The notes under the pieces: model-generated
What the model was told of the DNA's origin: nothing
Seen by the model: only the letters and a program-made list of their open reading frames with translations
Database searches by the model: none
Part shown: positions 48,425 to 57,958 of the stretch, piece by piece
Layout of the letters: each line of letters opens with the position of its first letter
Position numbering within the stretch: position 1 is the first letter of the stretch
Position numbers and translations under genes: made by a program
Source: a virus
Reading direction: 5' to 3' (one strand)
Virus record (IMG/VR): IMGVR_UViG_3300022661_000003
Length of the DNA: 64,000 bases

Positions 48425-48826
48425 ATGGATTGGATTCAGGTTTTACAAGAAGTTTTTAATTTAGTTTTGATTCCTCTCTTGGGTATTGTGGCTAAGTATT
48501 TTATTCAATTTGTGTCAATTAAAATTGAAGAAATTAAAGCTAAACAAACCAATGAAGAGGCTATTAAATATCTCGAATAGATTGATAAGGCTGTAACAAA
48601 TTGTGTTATTGCTACCAATCAAACTTATGTAGAGTCAATGAAAAATAAGAATGCTTTTGATGGAGAAGCTCAGAAGGTAGCTTTCCAAATGACTTATGAT
48701 GCACTTATGGCTACATTAACTGCTGAAGCTAAGAATTTCTTGGTTATGGCCTATGGCGATATAGAAGTTTATCTTCGTACGCTCATTGAGGCAAAAGTTA
48801 ATACCAATAAAATTGTGCAATCTTAA
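48425..48826 (+). CDS. Second holin/antiholin-like protein (N-terminal TM helix plus coiled-coil), one TAG
   Basis: ATG ~48425 is in frame with track ORF 48638..48826. TM segment VLIPLLGIVAKYFIQFV. Confidence 0.45.
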
Positions 48827-48832
48827 CAAAAA

Positions 48833-48880
48833 ATCGGCGATTGTTTTGTGCAAACAGTACAATCGCCCTTTTTTTATTTT
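48833..48880 (+). terminator. Rho-independent terminator ending the lysis cassette
   Basis: GGCGATTGT...ACAATCGCC hairpin then CTTTTTTTATTTT. Confidence 0.75.
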
Positions 48881-48991
48881 ACAGAAAATTAAAGGACTTT
48901 GACTGTAAATTTTTTGTTAAGAAAAATCAATATATAATGAAAGGGCAGGGGACAAACCCAAAACGAAGTCCTTTTAGAAAAGAGGGGCGAA

Positions 48992-49357
48992 ATGCAATAT
49001 CCTAATTATCCAAATTACTATTAGACCCAATAGCAATCGACTCCCCGTTATATTGGTTTAAAGGGGAGACCCGTAGCCTCACTTGATGAAGTGAGAGGAA
49101 CCACAATTGATTTTGATGGTTCAGTATTTTTCTTTCCGGACTTGGCAAATAAACGAATTTACACTAAACAAATTAACATGGATGGCACAGCAAGTCTAAA
49201 TGTTTACGAATTAAAAAATATGCCAATTGAAACATCTAATAATTATGTGACAAGAGAAGAGTTCGAAATGGCATTAGGGCAAATATAGAGTCTATTGAAT
49301 ACGACCCCGACGGCAAATCCTGAAAAGAGTTCTCACTCTATTTCCGCTCAATTTTAA
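48992..49357 (+). CDS. Hypothetical protein (~121 aa, 4 TAG)
   Basis: AGAGGGG RBS then ATG. Frame 2 contains track ORF 49091..49288 and continues to TAA ~49355. Confidence 0.4.
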
Positions 49358-49373
49358 GGAGGAATGAAGACAA

Positions 49374-49607
49374 ATGAATAGACAAATACAAGGTATAGTA
49401 CAATAGATAAGAAGAGGTCAAAATCCATAGCAAGTAATGTTAAATATGCTATCTCGGCAAACTTCACCAATGAGCGCTAATTTATATAATTTAATACAAT
49501 AGGGCAGAACAGGAGAAATAGAACAAATCGCCCGAAATATTATGAAACAGTAGGGCAAAGATTTCGATACGGAATTTAAAGCTTTTAGAGATTCTCTTGG
49601 GCTTTAA
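49374..49607 (+). CDS. Small Gln-rich protein (~77 aa, 4 TAG)
   Basis: GGAGGA RBS. Reads MNRQIQGIVQ(Q)IRRGQNP(Q)QVML... Ends at TAA. Confidence 0.4.
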
Positions 49608-49649
49608 ATAAATAAATTTCAAAGGTCTAATTTAAGGAGGAATTGTCTA

Positions 49650-50441
49650 ATGTTTAATCAAAGCAACGGATACTCTTTGGCCGATATTGCGGCCGCAACT
49701 ACTGGCACAAATGGCAACGGTGGCTTCGGCAACTGGGGCGATGGCTGGTGGATTATTCTTTTGTTCCTATTCGCTAATGGAAATGGTGGATGGGGTGGAA
49801 ATGGAACCCAAAGCGAAATATCTTATGGCTTTGACATGAACGGTTTAGAGAATGGCATCCGCGGCATTCAGAACGGCCTATGTGATGGCTTCTATGCTAT
49901 GAATACTGGTATGTTAAATTCAACCGCTCAGCTACAAAGCACAATGGCCCAGGGATTTGGCGGTATTAATACTGCTATCGCTGGACTCGACGCAAATTCA
50001 CAGAGAAGCTTCTACGAAGGTACAATCGCAGATATGCAAAATCACAATAGTCTTATGGCTCAGCTTACTAATATGCAGGCAGATTCTGCCGCATGTTGCT
50101 GCGAGACCCAGAGAACACTTGAAAGAAATTTTGCTGATTTGAGTTATCGTTTAGCGACTCAAGATTGTGCTACCCGACAGGTGATTAGTGATTCTACTAG
50201 AGACATTATTGATAATCAGAATGCTGGTGTTCGCTCTATCCTTGAATTCTTAACTTAGGATAAGATTGCCGCACTTCAGGCTGAAAATCAGACTCTCAAG
50301 TTTGCCGCATCACAGTCTAACCAGAATGCCTTCTTACTTAGTCAGTTGGCTCCAAAAGCAATTCCGGCATATTTGGCACCTAATCCATACACTGGAACTT
50401 GCTACTCTTTTGGATACAACGCCATGAATACTTGTGGATGA
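49650..50441 (+). CDS. Gly/Asn-rich membrane protein (~263 aa, one TAG)
   Basis: AAGGAGG RBS. Track ORF 49650..50258 is extended through TAG to TGA. TM segment WWIILLFLFANG. Cys cluster CCCETQ. Confidence 0.5.
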
Positions 50442-50883
50442 TAAATAAAGGAGGTCGCATATATGGAAATAACTGCTAATGCTTTACAAACTGTCTTAGA
50501 GGATCAAAATGTGCTATTCACTGAAACTCCTGTTTCGGGGAATTGTTCCATAATGCATCGTGACGGTAGCGGCCTAACCGCATTGCGCGGAATGACTCAA
50601 TAGTGTAGAGCCCGTTATAAAGTTACCTTTGGAGGCAACATTGCTCTACCTGCCGACGGTGCCGCAGGACCAATTAGTCTTGCTATTGCTCTCAATGGAG
50701 AGCCCGTCAATACAACTTTAATGACCGTAACGCCTACTGCTACTGAAGCATTTTTTAATGTCTTCAGTGCCATTTTTGTAGATGTTCCTGCTGGTTGTTG
50801 CGCTTAGTTAAGTGTCAAAAATACTTCTGGCGTCACCATTGAAGTCCAAAATGCTAATTTAATTGTAGAAAGGGTGGCGTGAT

Positions 50884-51522
50884 ATGAAATAGCTAAAAAT
50901 GATTAAAGGCTGTCTTGAAAGTGCGGTTGCCGCACAAGCTACAGACTTGTCTAACGTAAATGCGCAGGAACTTGGCTTAGTAGTCGATATGATTAAAGAT
51001 TTATCTGAAGCAATTTATTATTGTAAGAAAATCGAACATATGGACGAAGAGGAAGAATTATTAGAAAAAATGGCTAAACAGGGTGGGGAAACTTATCAGC
51101 GAGATATGGACCGGCAGCAAAAGAGGATGTATTACACTGAGCCTGGAATGGTTCATGGTCATAATCCTTGGAATCGCCAAGAACCTCATTGGGAAGACCG
51201 TATGTATTATGATGGAGGCCGTTCGAGTGGCGGCAACACTAATAATGGGAGTAATACTGGTTCTTCGAATGGAGGGAGTCGAAATTACACAGAGCCAATG
51301 ATGAGAGACGATAGAGAAGGACGTAGCGGCTCTCAGCGCCGGACCTATATGGAGTCTAAACAAGGACATCACGATAAAGCAATTACAATGTAGAAATTAG
51401 AGTTATACGCTCAAGATTTAGTAACGGATGTTCTTGAAATGCTTTAGGATGCGACTCCAGAAGAAAAGTCTTTGTTACATAAAAAATTAGTTGCTTTATC
51501 TGAGAAAGTGAAGACTTTATAA
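50884..51522 (+). CDS. Low-complexity Gly/Ser/Asn/Arg-rich protein (~210 aa, 3 TAG)
   Basis: Contains track ORF 50899..51393, extended in frame through TAGs to TAA overlapping the next ATG. Confidence 0.4.
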
Positions 51523-51836
51523 TGTTGATAAATGGGGAGGAATGGCAAATTGAATTTGTTCCACCCGACCATTACATGCTTTATACAAGTGCAGGTAATT
51601 ATACTCTAGGTGTTTGTGATGATAGATTAAAAACTATATATATAAATAATAAATTATCACGACAAAAATTACGCAAAGTACTTTGCCACGAAATTACTCA
51701 CGCGGCAATGTTTAGTTACAATGTAGAAATGTCCCTCGCATAGGAGGAATTGGTTGCAGACCTAATCGCTACCTTTGGCAGGGAGATTGTATCTCAAACA
51801 AATAAGGTGCTAAGAGATCTAATAATAGTTGAGTAA
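51522..51836 (+). CDS. Small HExxH zinc-metallopeptidase-motif protein (~104 aa, one TAG)
   Basis: Track ORF 51522..51743 contains VLCHEITHAAMF (HExxH). Extended through TAG to TAA ~51834, immediately before the convergent terminator. Confidence 0.45.
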
Positions 51837-51839
51837 AAA

Positions 51840-51885
51840 AAAATAAGGGGAGACCAGAATATTCTGGTCTCCCCATTTTTTTTAT
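51840..51885. terminator. Bidirectional rho-independent terminator between the convergent late (+) and replication (-) modules
   Basis: GGGGAGACCAGAATATTCTGGTCTCCCC perfect hairpin flanked by an A-run upstream and a T-run downstream. Confidence 0.8.
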
Positions 51886-52377
51886 TTATTCATGATGTTC
51901 TTCATGCTCAAGTTCAGCTTGAGTCTTAATAGGTAACTCACGAATCTTTACAATCCACGAGTCTACGTGCCCGTTACCGCCCAAATCTTTGTAAGTTACA
52001 AACCGTTCATTGTAATCGGCAAGTTGTTCAGGCGTTATATAATGTTGTTTTAGGTAATTTTTACCATCAACAATTAATTCTCGCAGATGACTTGATAAAA
52101 TAGCTTTGCGAATGCCGTGAGTATTTTCTTCAATTTTATTCAAAACGTTATCCTGTAAATAATCTATTTTCTTTTCAAGCTTGTCTTCTTTTGCTTGCAT
52201 ATTTTGGATAACTTTACTTTCTGCGAGGTGTGCATCCCACTCCTCTTGGTCTTGAACTTTTTTTCCTGATTTAAAAGTTTTTACAAGAGGGGTTACTAAT
52301 AGAGAAAAGGCTCCCGCGCAACAAAATGGGACAGCCCATTTTATTACATATTCTAAGATATTCAATTCCTCCATCAA
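51886..52377 (-). CDS. Membrane-anchored coiled-coil protein (163 aa)
   Basis: Intact track ORF. N-terminal TM segment WAVPFCCAGAFSLLV. Function unknown. Confidence 0.5.
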   Translation of the reverse strand: MMEELNILEYVIKWAVPFCCAGAFSLLVTPLVKTFKSGKKVQDQEEWDAHLAESKVIQNMQAKEDKLEKKIDYLQDNVLNKIEENTHGIRKAILSSHLRELIVDGKNYLKQHYITPEQLADYNERFVTYKDLGGNGHVDSWIVKIRELPIKTQAELEHEEHHE

Positions 52378-52440
52378 AAGTCATCTCCCCTTTCTATATA
52401 TAAGAAAATAGGGGGAAGATGATGACCCTGAGTTGGCCTC

Positions 52441-52974
52441 TTAATCCCATTCGATGGCATTATTTTGTTGAATTACCTCACTATATCCAATACAAATAGC
52501 ATCTGCTTCATCCTAAATACATTTAACGCCATAAGTATCAAGCACCCATTGCTAAGCAACTTTCTTTTGATTTTCTCTATGCTTGTCGTTGCCGGCGAGG
52601 AATTTACAATTTTTACGCCATTCACTTGGATATACTAATTTATATGGAACTTGCTTTTGAATACAAACTCTCATAATAGCACCTTGAACTTGTGCTAGTT
52701 TCTAAAAGGTTTGAACATTGCCTTCTCGGTTGCCGATTTGCTGTAGCTAAATATTTTCAATAAGGACGATGTCTGGCTCGTCATCATCTATTTTGTTCTC
52801 AATTTCCTAACAAAGGTTATTGATACGAATAGCTACGTCGTCAGCCGTGTGCGACCAATGCCCAAAAGATTTTAATTCTCCATTCTCAAAAAAAGACCAG
52901 CCACTCACACGAGTGGACTGGTCTAATGCTAAAATTTTATTTTTCTTATTCACTTGTCGAACCAAATCCGCCAT
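52441..52974 (-). CDS. ruvC: RuvC-like Holliday-junction resolvase (~175 aa) with 5 in-frame TAG
   Basis: Hand translation of the minus strand gives KILALDQSTRVSGWSFF... and a C-terminal (Q)DEADAICIGY motif. The TAG in that motif sits at a position where Gln is typical in RuvC (QADAADAL, recalled from memory). No TAG-free ORF exists here in the track. Confidence 0.6.
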
Positions 52975-53530
52975 CGCGTTCAGCAGTTACTTCTGCTTCA
53001 TCGGCGCAGACTCCATACGGAAGGAGGATACCCTGACCGAAACATTCGCCTCGTTGGATTTTGATTGGGAATGGAGCCAGATTAATAATCTGGAAATAAA
53101 TATGACCCTCATTATCGGGATTGTTATAATAATCAGCATCAATGATGCCTACGCCATTGCCAAGAATAAGCCAGTGCTTCAACGGCAATGAGCTACGGAC
53201 ACTTAACTGAAGATAATGTCCGTTGGGAATTTTGCACTTAATGCCAGTCGGCACAAGATTTACCTTACAATTACCATACTTAAAAACCGCAGCCGCATCA
53301 GCAAGAGAAAGCGGCAAGGCTTCATCATAAGCTTCAAGACTATCATAACAACGAGTAATTCCTCTTGCTACATTATCCTGCCATTCGTCCCCATTGTAAG
53401 GATAAATTACTACGTCTTCAGCGGCACAAAAGTCATAACCAGCAGATTCCTTAGTCTTACGAGTAGGAATTATAATAGTAGGATCTTCAGCATACTTGCT
53501 GATTTTCTCAAATTTAGCATTAATATTCAT
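52946..53530 (-). CDS. dut: dUTPase (194 aa), TAG-free
   Basis: Intact track ORF. Carries the SAGYDF and GVGIIDADY motifs of the dUTPase/dCTP deaminase family. Confidence 0.8.
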   Translation of the reverse strand: MNINAKFEKISKYAEDPTIIIPTRKTKESAGYDFCAAEDVVIYPYNGDEWQDNVARGITRCYDSLEAYDEALPLSLADAAAVFKYGNCKVNLVPTGIKCKIPNGHYLQLSVRSSLPLKHWLILGNGVGIIDADYYNNPDNEGHIYFQIINLAPFPIKIQRGECFGQGILLPYGVCADEAEVTAERDGGFGSTSE

Positions 53531-53750
53531 AAATCACTCTTACCTGACTAGTAGGTTCCTTCTCTTGATTTACAATTTTCTTTACCTTAACAACCTGATA
53601 TTCTTCTTCGGTTTTCTTGTTAAATTTAGTAGTATAAGAGAAACTCTGAAGCTCATATTCCATAGCCTCGTTCATTTCGTCTCGCATTGCGAGAGCTTCT
53701 TCAACAGTGTCTACACGATAAGTTTCTACAACATTCAAAAGACTCTTCAT
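53520..53750 (-). CDS. Small hypothetical protein (76 aa)
   Basis: Intact track ORF, translationally coupled (overlaps) with dut and the upstream gene. Confidence 0.45.
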   Translation of the reverse strand: MKSLLNVVETYRVDTVEEALAMRDEMNEAMEYELQSFSYTTKFNKKTEEEYQVVKVKKIVNQEKEPTSQVRVIYEY

Positions 53751-53753
53751 TCG

Positions 53754-53997
53754 GCAAGTTCCATCCTTACTTCAGTACTATAATGTAAATTAGAGGTTAG
53801 GTAATTATTAAGAATATCGGCTAAACCAATACCCATTTCAGTAGTTTTAATACAGGTAATATTGTGTGCCATTACAATAGTGGCGAGTTCTCTAATCTAT
53901 TCTTCGGCAGTTTCTCCTGTAAGAGTATAATAAGTCTCCTCTGGAATAAATACAGAAGAATGACGAGTAAACTAATTATTCATCCAAAATGCTGTCA
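53754..53997 (-). CDS. Small hypothetical protein (~81 aa, 2 TAG)
   Basis: ATGA overlap with the stop of the upstream gene. Minus-strand translation MTAFWMNN(Q)FTRHSS... Confidence 0.3.
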
Positions 53998-54498
53998 TCG
54001 CACCTCTACAACTCCTTCATCATATGGGAATAAGTAGAAGCAATGATAAACACCTTTGTCTTGCCAATTAGCCCAAATGGAGAAAGCACCATTAGTATCT
54101 TCTTCCATCATTTTTACTGGGCCAACACATTCAAATACGTCACACAAATCCCGCCAGAAGAATTCGTCATATTCAGAACCATCCCAGTCCAAATGGAATA
54201 AAGTATAATAATTATTCTGATTACAAAGTAACATAAAATAATTAGCATATCTATAACCATCGCCATCTTTTCCATTGAACCAATTCAAGAAATTTTCTTT
54301 CATTTGTTCTAGAGGCATATCGGGCATCTGCGCGACCATCATCTAATTAAGTTCATACAAAGATACTTCTACTTTTGGAGCTTCTTCACCTTCCGGCACT
54401 TCAAATGCTTTTTCCATGTTTCCTCGCTCTTTTAGTAGCTCCAGTAAATTTTCGTACTCTTCGGGCTCAACATAGTAAGCGCCATTTTCTTCTCTCAT
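53995..54498 (-). CDS. Hypothetical acidic protein (~167 aa, one TAG)
   Basis: Track ORF 53995..54342 is extended upstream through TAG to ATG ~54498, preceded by an AAAAAGGAG RBS. Confidence 0.45.
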
Positions 54499-54533
54499 AA
54501 AGAATACTCCTTTTTCTCATTTTCTACATTATA

Positions 54534-55022
54534 TCATAATTTTTTTTCTCTGTCAAATTTGTGGATGCGCTGATTAGAACTTCCACGAAGATATAATGTG
54601 ACATCTCTTAACTCTTCTTCATATCGACCATCAATAAGATAATCAATATTCTTCAAGATATAATCCATATGCGGATTACACATATCTTGTAATTCTTCTA
54701 AAGTATAACCACTCCAAATGTAAATTGGAGTATTTGGAGATTTTTCTGCTACTGTTTTTACCAAAAGAGTAGTAAGAAATAAATTCTCCTGACAAAGAGG
54801 TTCCCCGCCCAAGATACATAATGATCTATCAATATCTTGGGCGTGAAGCTTAACAATTAATTCATCTAGCAAAGTGGAGGGAAACTCCTTGCCTCCTTTA
54901 AAGTCCCAAGTTCCTGGATTATGACATCCAGGGCATCTATGAGGACATCCTTGTGTGTAGAATGATACGCATAAGCCATCACCGGCGGCAATATCATTCC
55001 ATAATACATCAGCATATCTCAT
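54534..55022 (-). CDS. nrdG: Anaerobic ribonucleotide reductase activating protein NrdG (radical SAM)
   Basis: Intact 162-aa ORF. Carries FYTQGCPHRCPGCHNP, the NrdG Cys cluster. Immediately downstream of nrdD. Confidence 0.85.
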   Translation of the reverse strand: MRYADVLWNDIAAGDGLCVSFYTQGCPHRCPGCHNPGTWDFKGGKEFPSTLLDELIVKLHAQDIDRSLCILGGEPLCQENLFLTTLLVKTVAEKSPNTPIYIWSGYTLEELQDMCNPHMDYILKNIDYLIDGRYEEELRDVTLYLRGSSNQRIHKFDREKKL

Positions 55023-55053
55023 GTTTCTTTCTCCTTTAAAGAAGGCTAATTTC

Positions 55054-57264
55054 TTAATAACGTGAATGCTTTACTCTTTCTCTTGTTTCTGCTCTCTTGC
55101 CTTCATTGAATTTACGGTAATCAGTAGTCAAATATCCAGTAACACGACGCAACTGTTCAATATTGGTACTGCCGCACTCAGGGCAAGCATTATTAAATTC
55201 TGCAGTATATCCACATTCTAAGCAAGTATCAATTGGGAAATTGAAAGCAAGATATGGGATATCAAGTGTATCAAAAGCATATTCAATAATCTGCTTAATT
55301 GCTTTTGTATTCTTTACAAAAGTAGAATCAAGTTCAACATATGTAATACATCCACCAGTGGGATATTTACAGAAAGGTGCTTCGATTTCGAGTTTCTCGA
55401 AGATGCCAACTTCTTCCCAAACAGGAACATGATGGCTATTAGTAAGATATTCTCTATCAGTAATATTCTTAATTACTCCATGCTGTTTTCTAAGGGCTTT
55501 TAGAGCAGTAGAGCATAAGCCTTCAGCAGGAGTCGCATAGCAAGAGAAGTTCAAATCATTTCTCTCACTTGCTTCTTTAGCGAACTCATTGATTCGCTGA
55601 ACGACAGAAAGAGCGAAAGCGTGTGCCTTCTTATTTCTGGCATGATTTTCACCAAATAGTGCCTGACACATTTCGGCAATACCGATGTAACCAATAGCCA
55701 GTGTATTATGTCTTAAAGATTGATATACACTATCTTTACACTTTTGGCCTTCTAGGATAGTGCCGTTTTGATACATAAAGGGCGCTGCGATTGCGGTTTG
55801 ATTTACCATTACGTCAAAACGTTCAAGAAGTGCCTGTTCGGCAAGCTTCAATAATTCTTCAAAGTCAGCCCAGAAACCTTCCAAATCAGCTTCGTCACGT
55901 TCACCAAGACAAATGCCGTGTTTAATGCCAAGCTGGGGAAGAATCATAGTGACAGGAACATTGTTTCCTCTGCCGACCCTCTTGTAACCGTAGCCGTGCC
56001 GATCAAATCCTAGCATTGTGCGGCATCCCATTGTGCTGAAATAAGTATCAGGGTCATTTTCATCTTCATGAGCTTGAGACCAATCGCAATTACAGAAATT
56101 AGGATAAATACGCTTGCTCAAAGATTCAACTGCCAATTCACTTAAATCATAATTGGGGTCATTTAGTTTTGCATTACATCCCTTTTTGTATTGGAAAATA
56201 CTGATTGGGAAGATAGAAGTTCTGTGGTGCTTACCGATTCCTGCGAGTGAAGCGTTGAGCATAGCTCGTGAAACCATTCTTCCTTCAGGGGAGGTATCTC
56301 GTCCGAAGTTAATAGAGGTAAACGGGACCTGAGACCCGGCACGGGATTCTAAAGTATTAAGATTGTGGTAAAGTGCTTCTGCACTTTGCTTCATCTCCTT
56401 CTCAAGCATATCCATAGCATAGCGATAAATATTGCGCTCGCCAAAATTATCTTTTGGATAATCTTCAATGGACATATCAGGAGCACCCTGGAATACATCT
56501 ACATCATCAGGGATAGAAACCTGACCGATATATTTCACGCCATCTTGCCAATGCTTGTAAAAACTCATTTTTACAAAAGGAGCAAGGTCATAGTCAATAT
56601 GAACGGTGCCAACGCCACCAAACTGAACCTAAGACTGACACTGGAAAATTACTGCCATTTGCTGACAAGCAGTAGAGAAACTCGTCGGTGGGCGAATGTC
56701 ACCATTACGAGTGGCAAAACCTTCTTCGAAGATTTTTCCAAAGTCAATATTCAAACAGTTATGTTCTCCAATAGGAGCTTTTTCAAGGTCATGCTGATAA
56801 ATCCACATATTACGATGCGCATCAGATACTTCTTTACTGAGAATATCTTCAAGAGCATAAACTTTTTGAATATCAGCAGATGCTTCTTTTTCACGACCAG
56901 AGAAACTACGTTCATCGACATTGGCATTAGCATTTTGAACTGAAACAGCGTTCAGCCTACGACGCATTGCTTCAATGATTTTACTTTTCTTTTCTCTTGC
57001 TTTAGTTCTCTAGTCTCTATATAAAATATACGCCTTAGCGACGTCAGGTTCGACTTTCATTAATTCTTTTTCTACAAGGTCTTGAATGCCTTCTACTGTC
57101 ATATCCTTGTCGAGAGCCTGAATTTTTAATGCAATATCGGCGGCGACAGGGTGAATACCACTGTCTTCAGTATAATTGCCCTGATAGAATGCTCTTGTAA
57201 TAGCAACTTCAATTTTGTTTAGGTCAAATGGGACTTTACGACCATCACGTTTAGTAACTTGCAT
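55054..57264 (-). CDS. nrdD: Anaerobic (class III) ribonucleotide reductase NrdD (~736 aa) with 2 in-frame TAG
   Basis: Track ORFs 55054..56568, 56629..56967 and 57010..57264 are all in the same frame, joined by TAG. N-terminal ATP-cone (MQVTKRDGRKVPFDLNKIEVAI). C-terminal glycyl-radical region and Cys-x2-Cys zinc ribbon (CLECGY...CPECGS). GGAGGT RBS. Confidence 0.85.
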
Positions 57265-57307
57265 GTATTTTACCTCCGATAATAAAAAGTGGATAATCCA
57301 TAATATT

Positions 57308-57958
57308 TCAATTTACTGGCTTATGTTCTATCGAAAGTCGCCCACGTGCTACTAGATGTTCGATATCATCCTCAATGGCCCACACAACATCTTGTTTATC
57401 GGATTCTTTTTCATTCCGATATTTACACATATTGCGATGTAAGATAAAGTCTCGGATTATCTCTTCATTAAAATCTTCTTCGTCGGCGAAATACCGACGG
57501 CAGATTTCAGATACATTAGGTTTATTTTCTCTATTAAGCTAACGAAGCATACGCTCTTTATCAGAACAGGCAATATAATAACCGTAAACAATAACATCTT
57601 CAAGAGGAGAACTAGTCAGACAATCAAATCCTTCTGGATTAAATACTCCAATATTGACACCCTCTTTAAGACTTGATTCCATTGTACCGTAATGCCATTC
57701 ATTGAAATAAGTTGCCTCAAGCATATCGCCATTTAAAACTTTTTCGGCAAACTATTCATTCGTTAAAAAGTAATAACTTTCACCTTCTACTTCATTATTT
57801 CGCATTGGGCGAGTGGTACAAGATACAATCATATTCCAATTTGGATTTCTGCGGGCAAGGTCGCGGGCAATTGTATCCTTACCCGCGCCAGCCTTTCCAA
57901 TTAACGCGATAATTACCTTCATATTATTCCTCACTAGCTTCTCCTTTAGCACGCTCAA
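57308..57958 (-). CDS. Deoxynucleoside-monophosphate kinase-like P-loop protein (~215 aa, 2 in-frame TAG)
   Basis: Track ORFs 57539..57724 and 57752..57958 share a frame and continue through TAGs to TGA ~57308. Walker A GKAGAGKDT. The real start is probably the internal ATG (MKVIIALIG...) immediately after the dnaE stop. Confidence 0.55.

Noticed and set aside
48880-49090. Possible suppressor tRNA gene in the apparently ORF-free gap after the lysis terminator.
   Set aside because: No cloverleaf (acceptor/T-arm GTTC-type/anticodon stem) could be drawn by eye. The region is better explained by a promoter plus a TAG-recoded small ORF starting at ATG 48992. tRNAscan-SE should still be run.
52820-53551. 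Plus-strand ORFs 52820..53191 and 53216..53551 read as genes.
   Set aside because: They overlap the minus-strand RuvC and dUTPase genes, which have clear family motifs. These are shadow ORFs.
55163-56943. Plus-strand ORFs 55163..55432 and 56365..56943 opposite nrdD.
   Set aside because: Antisense to a well-supported NrdD reading frame. They have low-complexity Ile/Phe-rich translations.
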